A DNA stretch of 64,000 bases, taken from NCBI RefSeq assembly GCF_964355755.1, contig NC_092675.1, forward strand, positions 10,473,812 through 10,537,811, in the 5' to 3' direction. Positions within the stretch are counted from its first letter, which is position 1; the number at the start of each line of letters is the position of its first letter. The notes under the pieces were generated by a model. That model made no database searches. It was not told the DNA's origin and saw only the letters and a list, made by a program, of their open reading frames with translations. Origin of the DNA: Antedon mediterranea. Taxonomy: Eukaryota > Animalia > Echinodermata. Below are positions 34,453 to 48,300 of this stretch, piece after piece. Both the position numbers and the translations under genes were made by a program.

Positions 34453-35830
34453 ATAATAAAGCAGGTCGTCTATTAACAGAATGTTTTCACCGGCAAAACG
34501 GCCTTTTATATATAGCCTTTTTGGTCTGAACTTGATTTAAGTATATTGCTTAATACATGTGGAAGAATTTTGTAATCAGTGTTTAGGAGGGTAATGGAAA
34601 GCCAATTATTCACATTTTCTCTTTCTCCATCATTGAACAAAAGGGTGATTACACCTCGTTTTTTGAGAAAAGGATAATTCTTGAGAATTAAAACTTTCAT
34701 TTAAAGCATCGCAAATTAAATCTTTAATATTATTCCAAAAGAACAAATAAAATTCAACACTTAGACCATCCAATCCTGTTGTTTTATTTTTTTACATCAT
34801 TGAAAGGGCCTTTTTACATTCATCAATAGTGACGTAACCTTCACAATTTTCTTTTTCTATTTCTGAAAGCTTGTTTATATTAGTTTATAAAGGTATGTCT
34901 TAATTTCTTCAGAGTTGACATTATTTACGTACAAACCTTTGAAATGTTGTACTTGTTCTTTTAAAATATCAATTCGGCTCGTTTCTAAGCTCCCATCTTT
35001 AGTAATTAAACTTTTTAAGTGTTTCTTTTTACTTTTGGTTTTTTCTAACCCAAGAAAATATTTTGTATTCCGCTTGCCTTCCTCGATCCATTTTACTCTG
35101 GACCTAATTTGCGTGCCTTTTGCTTCTACGTTATAAATGTTTTCAAGCTCTATTTTTTTTTTATTACAATTTTATTTTCAATGGTTAATTTTGAGTATTC
35201 ATAATTGCTTCATTTAAGTTTTTTATTTGTTTTTGTAATTTTTCTTTCTTTTTATTCTGGTTTTTATTTGTTTGTTTTCCGTATGCAATTGAAATTCTTT
35301 TATTTCTGTTTTTACAAGCTCCCATAACAAACTTGCATCTACAGGTTCTTTATTATTTTTTAGTATTGAAACATTAATTATTTTAATTACTAATTTTGTA
35401 AATATTTCATCTTTCAGGAAACTATTGTTGAACTTCCATAAACCAGGACCGCATATTTTTTTTTGATCTATTTTAATTGATACGGCCTGTTGATCAGTAA
35501 CAATAGCTGGATGAATGTCACAGGCTAAAACATCTCAATTTGAAAAGAGATCTTCTGATACTAACCAGTAATCCAGCCTACGGAAAATGTTGTTAAATTT
35601 CTTACGCCACGTAAACTGTCGCTTATTCATGTTTTTGGATCTCCAAATATCATTTATTTTTCATTCGGTTTTTAATCGTAAAAACAGATTTTTCAAACCT
35701 ATTTGCGCTACCTTTTTGGTCAATGTCACTATTCATGATGCAATTCAGATCTCGACCACCTAGAATGATAGAATTACCCTTCCCTCTATCAAAGTCATTG
35801 TAACATTTGTGTATGGTCCTAAAGAACGCA
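34453..35830 (-). pseudogene. L1/Tx1-like LINE endonuclease and RT, upstream part
   Basis: RRLDYWLVS, GPGLWKFNNS, RSRVKWIEEG, TLLNTDYKIL, DQKGYI motifs with frameshifts. Confidence 0.8.
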
Positions 35831-37713
35831 TTTCTATTTTTGCTTTCATTTCACTGTTTTATACCAGTAAATGATTCAAATTTGCCTTACCCTGATATTT
35901 TTATTGTAGTGTTTAAAGTTAATCAATGGCATTGGACAATTAATACTGTTGACCAATGGCAGTACTTGATCTAGCCATGTATGAATGATCTAGCTATGGA
36001 TTATTAGCCATAGGCCTAGTCCTACCTGGCCTAGTTTAATATTAATATTGATAATGTAGATTCAGCTTGTGACAGATTTATATTTCTGATAAGATGCACT
36101 AGAATTGTTTTACCAACTAAAGAAATGAAAATAATTGTAATAATTCCAAAAACAATGGTGGTACAAACATTCTAGACACTCTTAGTCTTAGGCAGGTTTT
36201 AGCTAAGTAGTAGGCCTATCTCTAGGCCTAGGTTTAAATCATAGCCCATGGGCCATATCCACAACCTGAAATAAAAAAAAAACAAAGAAATAATTAAAAA
36301 ACAATAGAAATATAGTGGTACAATCCTGGAAACAAGGTACATCTAGGCCAATGCCTAATATGCATATATAGCATATCTCCAGTTAGGCCTAGACCATATA
36401 TTTAGGTTAAAAATGATTGATTAGGCCCTTGACTGACCTACTACTACTACCTACTATAGGCCTATGTCTGTAGCATTATTATTATTATTAGGCTAGAGCT
36501 TGACTGCATGCTGTTTTAGGCCTGATTTCTTTTTATTATCTCAACCTGAAAGAATATAAAATAAAAACAAATGTCAGACCTACCTACTAGGCCACTAGAT
36601 TTATTAAAATCAATTTAAAACACAATCTTCTAGGCTAGGCCTAGTTTATCAAAAAAAGAACTTTCATCACTAGGCCTAGACCTATTATTCACATTTGTCT
36701 CTTTAAATACTTTTGACCACCAAAGAATGAATGAGTAATCCGCGATTTTCCCTGTAACAACAACAGTAATATTGTCCATGTGGTAGGGCGCCGCCATAAA
36801 TGAAAATGTATACAACTTTTTGTGACGGTTACACTAATCTAAGCCTGGACCACCGGTAGTATTTTCATGATAAAAAAAGTTATCAACTACATGCCAACAT
36901 CATGTTAAATGCTGTTTTGATATTTAATTGTTCGTTTTGTGCAATTTATTTAGTAACAACTGCCGAATAAACAGTTCGCTTCATCAACCGGGCGCCGGGC
37001 GTGTTGTTGTTTACACGTTTTCACGAGGGATAGTTTAATAATATTTCTATATTTTTTTATATTTAACTTGTTTCTGGTAAAACTAATTTGCAAATGAAAT
37101 TTAACATTGTATGTATCCTATTAATAACATGTATTTTATACTAATTTATATCATAAAAACAATACTTAATTTACCGGGCATAGATTAGTACGAGGCAACG
37201 GCAAAGAATAGGCCGTGCTGAGTAATTTTTAGTTGATTTTTGGTGTTGCTGTTCGGCCTTTCTTTGTGAAGTAATTTAGCATAGTGGTAAATAATTTTCT
37301 GTAGAAGTGAATGTACACTAATTTGTTATTAAATATGTATTAAAAAATGTTTTACAATAGCAAAATATATTAACATATATACAATAACATGCCGCAAAGA
37401 AAAAAATTGCGAGAGAATTCTGGAGCGCGTGTGAAAAAAACTTAAGTCCGACAGTCGTAGGCCTAATACTAGGCCTACAATTAAACGTTAACTAATATGC
37501 TTAGCACTAACCTAGAGGCCTATGTGGAAAATAATTTAATCAATTTTGATATAATAATAATTGGTGTAATATTAATAATGATACACTATTCCTGTTTTAG
37601 TAGGCTAGGCTATTATTGGCCTGGCAAAATAGCTAGGCCCTGGGCCTATAGGCTAGCTGGGCTTGGACCTCCTTGGTAGGCATAGGACTAGGCCCGGTAA
37701 CCTTTCCAAGGCT

Positions 37714-38253
37714 CCCAGTGGGCACAGAACATAATTTCAACGTTGAAATAACATTGTCTTTCTAACTAACCTTTTACGCTTATTTATCAATGTTAATTTA
37801 ACGTTGAAATAATGTTAAAATTTAGTTGACATTTTTGTTTAAAAACGTTGAAAAAAGGTTGAAAGTATGAAGTGTTTTTAACCAATTATTACGTTTGTTT
37901 ATCACTGTTATTTCAATGTTAATTTAACGTTGAAATCCAGTTGACAATTTTGGTTAAAATGAAAATATTTTTGTTCAGCGTTTAAAAAAGGTTCAAATTA
38001 TGTAGTGTTTTTAACCAATCATTACGTGTGTTCATCAATCTTATTTCAACGTTAATTTAACGTTGAAATCCAGCTAACAATTTTGGTTAAAATGACAATA
38101 TTTGTTCAGCGTTTAAAAAACGTTCAAATTATGTAGTGTTTTTAACCAATCATTACGTTTGTTCATCAATCTTATTTTAACTTTTAATTTAACGTTGAAA
38201 TCCAGTTGAAAATGTTGGTAAAAAATGGCAACATGTTTTCAACATTGAGAAAC
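37714..38253 (+). mobile_element. EnSpm/CACTA-like (animal CCC-type) non-autonomous element end
   Basis: CCCAGTGGGCACAG terminus followed by AACGTTGAAAT motifs in ~133-bp tandem units; second end not seen. Confidence 0.6.
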
Positions 38254-38278
38254 TATGGCAAGCCTCAGCTGTCTGAAG

Positions 38279-41200
38279 TATGGCAAGCCTCAGCTGTCTG
38301 AAGTATTCAAAATATTATATTATTATATCATTTTTTTATTATATTATATATTGTATTGTAATGAATTATACGTTTTGCATTATATTACTTGGTTTTAGCA
38401 TTATATTATATCTATTTCTAATATATTATGTGAAAAATGTAACAAATTATTGACTTTTTGTATTATATTATTTGGTTTTAGCATTATATTATGAACATTT
38501 AATATTATATTATTAATAAAATACATTATATTATAATATAATTGTATTATATTAAACGCATTTACTTTACTTTATAACATACAACATTATTATATTATAC
38601 GGATTCGTTAGTTATATTATTATTTTGTATGATGTTTATTATACGTCACGGCTTATTTCAGTTCTTCTAACTCTTTCTCTCCCTCCCCCTGTTCACTAGC
38701 AATCAGCGGCCGGCAGAATCTGAATTGTGACTGTTGAAGAATAACTACGTACTAGGCCTAGCCTAGGCCAACTAGGGGATCTAGACAAGTGACCAAGGAT
38801 CACCGGACAGCTACAACTAATACTACAATACAATAATACTACTACAATAACTACTACTGCTACTACCTAGGCTTAGCTAGTGAGTAGTAGGTAGCTACTA
38901 CTAGGCTCTAGGGCGTATGTATGATGTTAACTACTAGGGCCTAGGCTAGGCCTAGAGGCCTACTAGTACTAGGCTAGGCCTAGACTTAAGTTGTAGTAGG
39001 CTAGGGCCGGGCCTGCTGCCTTAGGCTAGGCTACTACTACTACTACTACTACTAGGCAGCCCATGATGGGTACGAGTAAGCCAAAATTTTGGATATATGT
39101 AAACCAAAATTTGGGTACGAGCGTGTTGGCATGGCATGGGTACGGGTTGAACTGTATTCTTCTAGCTAATCGTACTATGCCTAGGCCTCAAGTAAGTCTA
39201 CGCTACCCAGTCCGGCTACAATATGGTCTATTTTGTTTTATAGCTTTATTGATAGCTGGGTTCAAATCTGGGTTGGGACGGCTTTTTCTCATTCTAAAAC
39301 AGATTTCCTTATCATAATAAAATAATATATGAATTTATTTGTAATATTATTGTAATGTATACATAATATAAGTAATTGCCATTGCCTTTATTACTATTAA
39401 TTATGTATTATACGGTTACCCCTTAATTATACTATAGTATAATTTCCTTGTTATATTTTACAATATTTTCTTCCTAATTCTACAATTTTGTCTTTCACAG
39501 CACAAATTTATCATACTGAATCATCACACACCAAGTCTCATAAATCTCTACTGTATTTGTCCAAGCTACTCCAGCTACATGGTATTGCCTTGAGGCTAAA
39601 CTACACGGTATACTGGCACTACCATCATTCCTGGCTCGTCAACCTGTACCACATAAGCACAGTTTCAGTTTATTTACCATTTCAATTTCTGAACATAAGA
39701 GATGAACAACTTATATGGATGGATAACCGTAAGAGCGAAGCTCGTTTACCGGTCACCCGTTAGTGCAGTGACATTTCAGAAAACATAAAGACAGGACAAA
39801 GGTGCAATACTTAACAAGACATGTGAACACTTGTGTGTGCAACCCCTTGGATAAAATAATATATTTATATAAAGGAGAAAGTTAGATATTATAATATTTC
39901 TTTTTGATCATACAATGATAATTTTTAAATTACTTCTTAAGAAGTCATACTACTGATTCAAAATAGTGACTTACACCCTGTGGTCAAGGCTTTATTTGCT
40001 CTTATGCGTATTTCCTCCAACATACAGAGTACATAGGACTTTTTTTATTCATAACTGTTGAATTGTTTCCCAATACATAGTACCTATTGGTATTATATCT
40101 AAAAATACAAAGGCGGCTAACACAGATAGTTCCATATATACAGTACTCTTTTATAGATAGATGTATCTCACCAAACTACTCCCAACTACCTAATCTAATA
40201 ATAGTACTATTAGCATACTACTATACACTTTGTAGACAAGAAATAAGTTGTATACACCTACAGGACTTATGGTAGTACAGTCGAACGCCCTCTCACTGGC
40301 CCGGTAAACATAATCTATACCTAGATTATTACAGTAATTAAAGTACATTATTACAGAGTTTTTTTTTTTTTTGCAGAAATCAAAGTTATGTGTATAGAAA
40401 GCAGTACTCGTATTAAAAACTAAGCAGGTTGCAGGTCTTGAATGCAAACTGGCAGGATATTTTGAATATTTTTTGTTGTTGAAATGAGGGAATCCTAACT
40501 TCAATTTCCACGAACTGGAGACGAAGACATATTATGACCCTTTTATTTAAATTTATTTGAATAGACATCCATGTAAAGTCATTAAAGGCTACATGATTGT
40601 TTTATTTTTTAATATGTGATAGTAGGAAATCATTGTGTATAATGAGGACTATGAATCTGATATTTACTTGCATTCTTATCTTTTTAAAATATTATTTATA
40701 ATGCCGGTAATGAGTTTAAAATTTAATTATATTGACTATTTTTGATAATCATCATGTCCTTATAAATTCATTTATACTTTTTTTGTGTAATATAGTTCAT
40801 ATATTATGTATTAAATAAATTGGTAAGGCCCTATACTGTTATTATTTAAGGAAAGTTTATATACACTATTATTTTATGCCTACCAATATTAGTATTAATT
40901 GTTTATGTAAATATTTTTTCTAATTGCCTTGATTTTTGTATAGGCCAATGGCATCAATGTTTTTCTCAAAGCGAATTAGCCTAATAATGCCACATTTAGA
41001 CACATGATTCATTGATTTCTGATATTCTGTACTTGTGTATGCATTACTAAAATAGTAGTTAATATATTTCATTTATAATGTATGTATAAACATATATTCA
41101 TATTTTTTTAAACATTTTTAAATTTAAAAATTATTACAATACCTATCTACCTTTCTGATATTGTTACTATTATATAATATTTTTTGAGGCAGCAATAAAA

Positions 41201-44200
41201 AAAAAATTAAAAAATTTATTTGACTTATACTGTACTATGTTAGTTCAGGAGATGAAGTGTGTGTGGGCAGAAACTAGTGTGTTGGAGGTTGGTGGTGTGA
41301 GGTGTATAGTTGTCACTTTAAGACCTAAATTAGATGTTTTCTGAAGAAAAGAAGTAAGCGGATACGCTTTCAAACAACTCCAAGAAGATTCACACAAAAA
41401 TAATTACTTTCCAATAAAATAGTATAACAGTGTATATTACAGTACATTGAATAAACTCGAGCGGAATAATAACACACATAAAAAAACATTCATTTTCTTG
41501 TCGAAAAGTGCCCTCTCTAGTTTTCTATTAATTTATTAATAATTATTATCAATTAATGAGTAATATGAACATATTTTTAAAATTTAATGCTGGAAACTGT
41601 ATCTACTCCTAACAAAGTTTCATATCTCCAAATTTCATCTCCATCATTTCAACAACAAAAAATATTCAAAATATCCTGCCAGTTTGCATTCAAGACCTGC
41701 AACCTGCTTAGTTTTTAATACGAGTACTGCTTTCTATACACATAACTTTGATTTCTGCAAAAAAAAAAAAAACTCTGTAATAATGTACTTTAATTACTGT
41801 AATAATCTAGGTATAGATTATGTTTACCGGGCCAGTGAGAGGGCGTTCGACTGTACTACCATAAGTCCTGTAGGTGTATACAACTTATTTCTTGTCTACA
41901 AAGTGTATAGTAGTATGCTAATAGTACTATTATTAGATTAGGTAGTTGGGAGTAGTTTGGTGAGATACATCTATCTATAAAAGAGTACTGTATATATGGA
42001 ACTATCTGTGTTAGCCGCCTTTGTATTTTTAGATATAATACCAATAGGTACTATGTATTGGGAAACAATTCAACAGTTATGAATAAAAAAAGTCCTATGT
42101 ACTCTGTATGTTGGAGGAAATACGCATAAGAGCAAATAAAGCCTTGACCACAGGGTGTAAGTCACTATTTTGAATCAGTAGTATGACTTCTTAAGAAGTA
42201 ATTTAAAAATTATCATTGTATGATCAAAAAGAAATATTATAATATCTAACTTTCTCCTTTATATAAATATATTATTTTATCCAAGGGGTTGCACACACAA
42301 GTGTTCACATGTCTTGTTAAGTATTGCACCTTTGTCCTGTCTTTATGTTTTCTGAAATGTCACTGCACTAACGGGTGACCGGTAAACGAGCTTCGCTCTT
42401 ACGGTTATCCATCCATATAAGTTGTTCATCTCTTATGTTCAGAAATTGAAATGGTAAATAAACTGAAACTGTGCTTATGTGGTACAGGTTGACGAGCCAG
42501 GAATGATGGTAGTGCCAGTATACCGTGTAGTTTAGCCTCAAGGCAATACCATGTAGCTGGAGTAGCTTGGACAAATACAGTAGAGATTTATGAGACTTGG
42601 TGTGTGATGATTCAGTATGATAAATTTGTGCTGTGAAAGACAAAATTGTAGAATTAGGAAGAAAATATTGTAAAATATAACAAGGAAATTATACTATAGT
42701 ATAATTAAGGGGTAACCGTATAATACATAATTAATAGTAATAAAGGCAATGGCAATTACTTATATTATGTATACATTACAATAATATTACAAATAAATTC
42801 ATATATTATTTTATTATGATAAGGAAATCTGTTTTAGAATGAGAAAAAGCCGTCCCAACCCAGATTTGAACCCAGCTATCAATAAAGCTATAAAACAAAA
42901 TAGACCATATTGTAGCCGGACTGGGTAGCGTAGACTTACTTGAGGCCTAGGCATAGTACGATTAGCTAGAAGAATACAGTTCAACCCGTACCCATGCCAT
43001 GCCAACACGCTCGTACCCAAATTTTGGTTTACATATATCCAAAATTTTGGCTTACTCGTACCCATCATGGGCTGCCTAGTAGTAGTAGTAGTAGTAGTAG
43101 CCTAGCCTAAGGCAGCAGGCCCGGCCGCGATTTTTTTTTTCGTACATAAGTTGGGGACCCCATCATGAAACGTCACAAAATAAACATGAATAATTCATCA
43201 GTTAAATTTTCTTGTTCCGTGTGCACCCAAGCGTATAGCAACAAGAAGTGATTACACAAGTGCGGTACGATTCTAGGCCTGTATCTCCGCTGTGGTTGCC
43301 GCGTGCGATTTCATAATAGAATAGCGGAGTTTTGTGTGGATTGTCGAAATAATCAGCCTTTAGTTTATGGTGTTTTTAATATAGTTTATTACTAAAGAAT
43401 TACGTGTTAAAATTATAGTTTCTATTGATACTATTAGGCCTAATTACTAGTCTCTAAACCCCTGTATATTCTAGTAGGCCTAGTAGCTGTGTGGGTGTGT
43501 GTGACTTGTGTGTTGGGTATGACACAGTCCGAGTAATAAGTCAGCAAAATTAAACAATAAACATTACACAAAAATACATTTTTTATTCTCGTGGGTCTAA
43601 TCTTCCCATCTCATGAGTTCATATATCCGCGAATTTTTAAAGTTCCTTTGAGTAATGCATATTGTTTGATAATAAAAGCAGAATTAAAAAATTACAGTAC
43701 ACAAATTATACACATTCTTTATTATTGTGGGTCTAAGCTTTCTTTGGGCTATGTCCAATTACTACTCAGTTAAATTTGTTGTTCCGTGTGCACCCAAGGA
43801 AGCGTATAGCAACACGAAGTGATTACACAACTGCGATACGATTCTTTCTACAATAATAGGCCTAGGATTCTAGGTCAATTCACGTGATTGCCTTCGCGCA
43901 CTCTTCTTCACACACACGTCCACTATGCAAAATGTGTCGAGGCTAATCGACAGCTAGGCAAAACATTAAACTAAGTAGTAATTGGACATAGCCCAAAGAA
44001 AGCTTAGACCCACAATAATAAAGAATGTGTATAATTTGTGTACTGTAATTTTTTAATTCTGCTTTTATTATCAAACAATATGCATTACTCAAAGGAACTT
44101 TACAAATTCGCGTATATATGAACACATGAGATGGGAAGATTAGACCCACGAGAATAAAAAATGTATTTTTGTGTAATGTTTATTGTTTAATTTTACTGAC

Positions 44201-45335
44201 TTATTACTCGGACTGTGTCATACCTAACACACAAGTCACACACACCCACACAGCTTCTACTAGAATATACAGGAGAGACTAGTAATTAGGCCTAATAGTA
44301 TCAATAGAAACTATAATTTTAACACGTAATTCTTTAGTAATAAACTATATTAAAAACACCATAAACTAAAGGCTGATTATTTCGACAATCCACACAAAAC
44401 TCCGCTATTCTATTATGAAATCGCACGTGGCAACAACAGCGGAGATAGGCCTAGACTCGTACCGCACTTGTGTAATCACTTCTTGTTGCTATACGCTTGG
44501 GTGCACACGGAACAAGAAAATTTAACTGATGAATTATTCATGTTTATTTTGTGACGTTTCATGATGGGGTCCCCAACTTATGTACGAAAAAAAAAATCGC
44601 GGCCCGGCCCTAGCCTACTACAACTTAAGTCTAGGCCTAGCCTAGTACTAGTAGGCCTCTAGGCCTAGCCTAGGCCCTAGTAGTTAACATCATACATACG
44701 CCCTAGAGCCTAGTAGTAGCTACCTACTACTCACTAGCTAAGCCTAGGTAGTAGCAGTAGTAGTTATTGTAGTAGTATTATTGTATTGTAGTATTAGTTG
44801 TAGCTGTCCGGTGATCCTTGGTCATTTGTCTAGATCCCCTAGTAGGTCTAGGCTAGGCCTAGTACGTAGTTATTCTTCAACAGTCACAATTCAGATTCTG
44901 CCGGCCGCTGATTGCTAGTGAACAGGGGGAGGGAGAGAAAGAGTTAGAAGAACTGAAATAAGCCGTGACGTATAATAAACATCATACAAAATAATAATAT
45001 AACTAACGAATCCGTATAATATAATAATGTTGTATGTTATAAAGTAAAGTAAATGCGTTTAATATAATACAATTATATTATAATATAATGTATTTTACTA
45101 ATAATATAATATTAAATGTTCATAATATAATGCTAAAACCAAATAATATAATACAAAAAGTCAATAATTTGTTACATTTTTCACATAATATATTAGAAAT
45201 AGATATAATATAATGCTAAAACCAAGTAATATAATGCAAAACGTATAATTCATTACAATACAATATATAATATAATAAAAAAATGATATAATAATATAAT
45301 ATTTTGAATACTTCAGACAGCTGAGGCTTGCCATA
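38279..45335. mobile_element. Giant palindromic element copy A (centre deleted), preceded by a 25-bp terminal stub 38254-38278
   Basis: TATGGCAAGCC...GGCTTGCCATA ends; left arm 38279-41640; inverted arm 41641-43126 and 44601-45335. Confidence 0.88.
43127..44600. mobile_element. Mutator-like MITE, long fold-back form (1474 bp)
   Basis: Same termini as 27561-28493; 9-bp TSD GGCCCGGCC; ~640-bp inverted arms. Confidence 0.9.
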
Positions 45336-48300
45336 CATGTGCATCTAAATATATGGATGACCATTGAGATAATATCTCAATGAAATAAAAGGTTGGTATT
45401 GACTTGGTATTATGGCAAGCCTCAGCTGTCTGAAGTATGGCAAGCCTCAGCTGTCTGAAGTATTCAAAATATTATATTATTATATCATTTTTTTATTGTA
45501 TTATATATTGTATTGTAATGAATTATACGTTTTGCATTATATTACTTGGTTTTAGCATTATATTATATCTATTTCTAATATATTATGTGAAAAATGTAAC
45601 AAATTATTGACTTTTTGTATTATATTATTTGGTTTTAGCATTATATTATGAACATTTAATATTATATTATTAATAAAATACATTATATTATAATATAATT
45701 GTATTATATTAAACGCATTTACTTTACTTTATAACATACAACATTATTATATTATACGGATTCGTTAGTTATATTATTATGTTGTATGATGTTTATTATA
45801 CGTCACGGCTTATTTCAGTTCTTCTAACTCTTTCTCTCCCTCCCCCTGTTCACTAGCAATCAGCGGCCGGCAGAATCTGAATTGTGTGACTGTTGAAGAA
45901 TAACTACGTACTAGGCCTAGGCCTAGCCTAGGCCTACTAGGGGATCTAGACAAGTGACCAAGGATCACTGGACAGCTACAACTAATACTACAATACAATA
46001 ATACTACTACAATAACTACTACTGCTACTACCTAGGCCTAGCTAGTGAGTAGTAGGTAGCTACTACTAGGCTCTAGGGCGTATGTATGATGTTAACTACT
46101 AGGTAGGGCCTAGGGCTAGGCCTAACTAGAGGCCTACTAGTACTAGGCTAGGCCTAGACTTAAGTTGTAGTAGGCTAGGGCCGGGCCTGCTGCCTTAGGC
46201 TAGGCTACTACTACTACTACTACTAGGCAGCCCATGATGGGTACAAGTAAGCCAAAATTTTGGATATATGTAAACCAAAATTTGGGTACGAGCGTGTTGG
46301 CATGGCATGCATGGGTACGGGTTAACCTGTATCCTTCTAGCTAATCGTACTATGCCTAGGCCTCAAGTAAGTCTACGCTACCCAGTCCGGCTACAATATG
46401 GTCTATTTTGTTTTATAGCTTTATTGATAGCTGGGTTCAAATCTGGGTTGGGACGGCTTTTTCTCATTCTAAAACAGATTTCCTTATAATAAAATAATAT
46501 ATGAATTTATTTGTAATATTGTAATGTATACATAATATAAGTAATTGCCATTGCCTTTATTACTATTAATTATGTATTATACGGTTACCCCTTAATTATA
46601 CTATAGTATAATTTCCTTGTTATATTTTACAATATTTTCTTCCTAATTCTACAATTTTGTCTTTCACAGCACAAATTTATCATACTGAATCATCACACAC
46701 CAAGTCTCATAAATCTCTACTGTATTTGTCCAAGCTACTCCAGCTACATGGTATTGCCTTGAGGCTAAACTACACGGTATACTGGCACTACCATCATTCC
46801 TGGCTCGTCAACCTGTACCACATTAGCACAGTTTCAGTTTCAGTTTATTTACCATTTCAATTTCTGAACATAAGAGATGAACAACTTATATGGATGGATA
46901 ACCGTAAGAGCGAAAGCTCGTTTACCAGTCACCCGTTAGTGCAGTGACATTACAGACAACATAAAGACAGGACAAAGGTGCAATACTTAACAAGACATGT
47001 GAACAGTTGTGTTTGCAACCCCTTGGATAAAATAATATATTTATATAATGGAGAAAGTTAGATATTATAATATTTCTTTTTGATCATACAATGATAATTT
47101 TTAAATTACTTCTTAAGAAGTCATACTACTGATTCAAAATAGTGACTTACACCCTGTGGTCAAGGCTTTCTTTGCTCTTATGCTTATTTCCTCCAACATA
47201 CAGAGTAAATAGGACTTTTTTTATTCATAACTGTTGAATTGTTTCCCAATACATAGTACCTATTGGTATTATATCTAAAAATACAAAGGCGGCTAACACA
47301 GATAGTTCCATATATACAGTACTCTTTTATAAATAAATGTATCTCTCCAAACTACTCCCAACTACCTAATCTAATAATAGTACTATTAGCATACTACTAT
47401 ACACTTTGTAGACAAGAAATAAGTTGTATACACTAGAGGACTTATGGTAGTACAGTCGATCGCCCTCTCACTGGCCCGGTCAACATAATCTATACCTAGA
47501 TTATTACAGTAATTAAAGTACATTATTACAGAGTTTTTTTTTTTTTGCAGAAATCAAATTTATGTGTATAGAAAGCAGTACTCGTATTAAAAACTAAGCA
47601 GGTTTTTGAACGCAGACTGGCAGGATATTTTGAATATTTTTTGTTGTTGAAATGATGGAATCCTAACTTCAATTTCCACGAACCCTTTTATTTAAATTTA
47701 TTTGAATAGACCTCCATGTAAACTCATTAAAGGCTACATGATTGTTTTATATTTTAATATGTGATAGTAGAAAATCATTGTGTATAATGAGGACTATGAA
47801 TCTGATATTTACTTGCATTCTCATCTTTTTAAATTATTATTTATAATGCCGGTAATGAGTTTAAAATTTAATTATATTGACTATTTTTGATAATCATCAT
47901 GTCCTTATAAATTCATTTATATTTCTTTTGTGTAATATAGTTCATATATTATGTATTAAGTAAATTGGTAAGGCCCTATACTGTTACTATTTAAGGAAAG
48001 TTTATATACACTATTATTTTATGCCTACCAATATTAGTATTAATTGTTTATGTAAATATTTTGTCTAATTGCCTTGATTTTTTGTATAGGCCAATGGCAT
48101 CAATGTTTTTCTCAAAGCAAATTAGCCTAATAATGCCACATTTAGACACATGATTCATTGATTTCTGATATTCTGTACTTGTGTATGCATTACTAAAATA
48201 GTAGTTAATATATTTCATTTATAATGTATGTATAAACATATATTCATATTTTTTTAAACATTTTTAAATTTAAAAATTATTACAATACCTATCTACCTTT

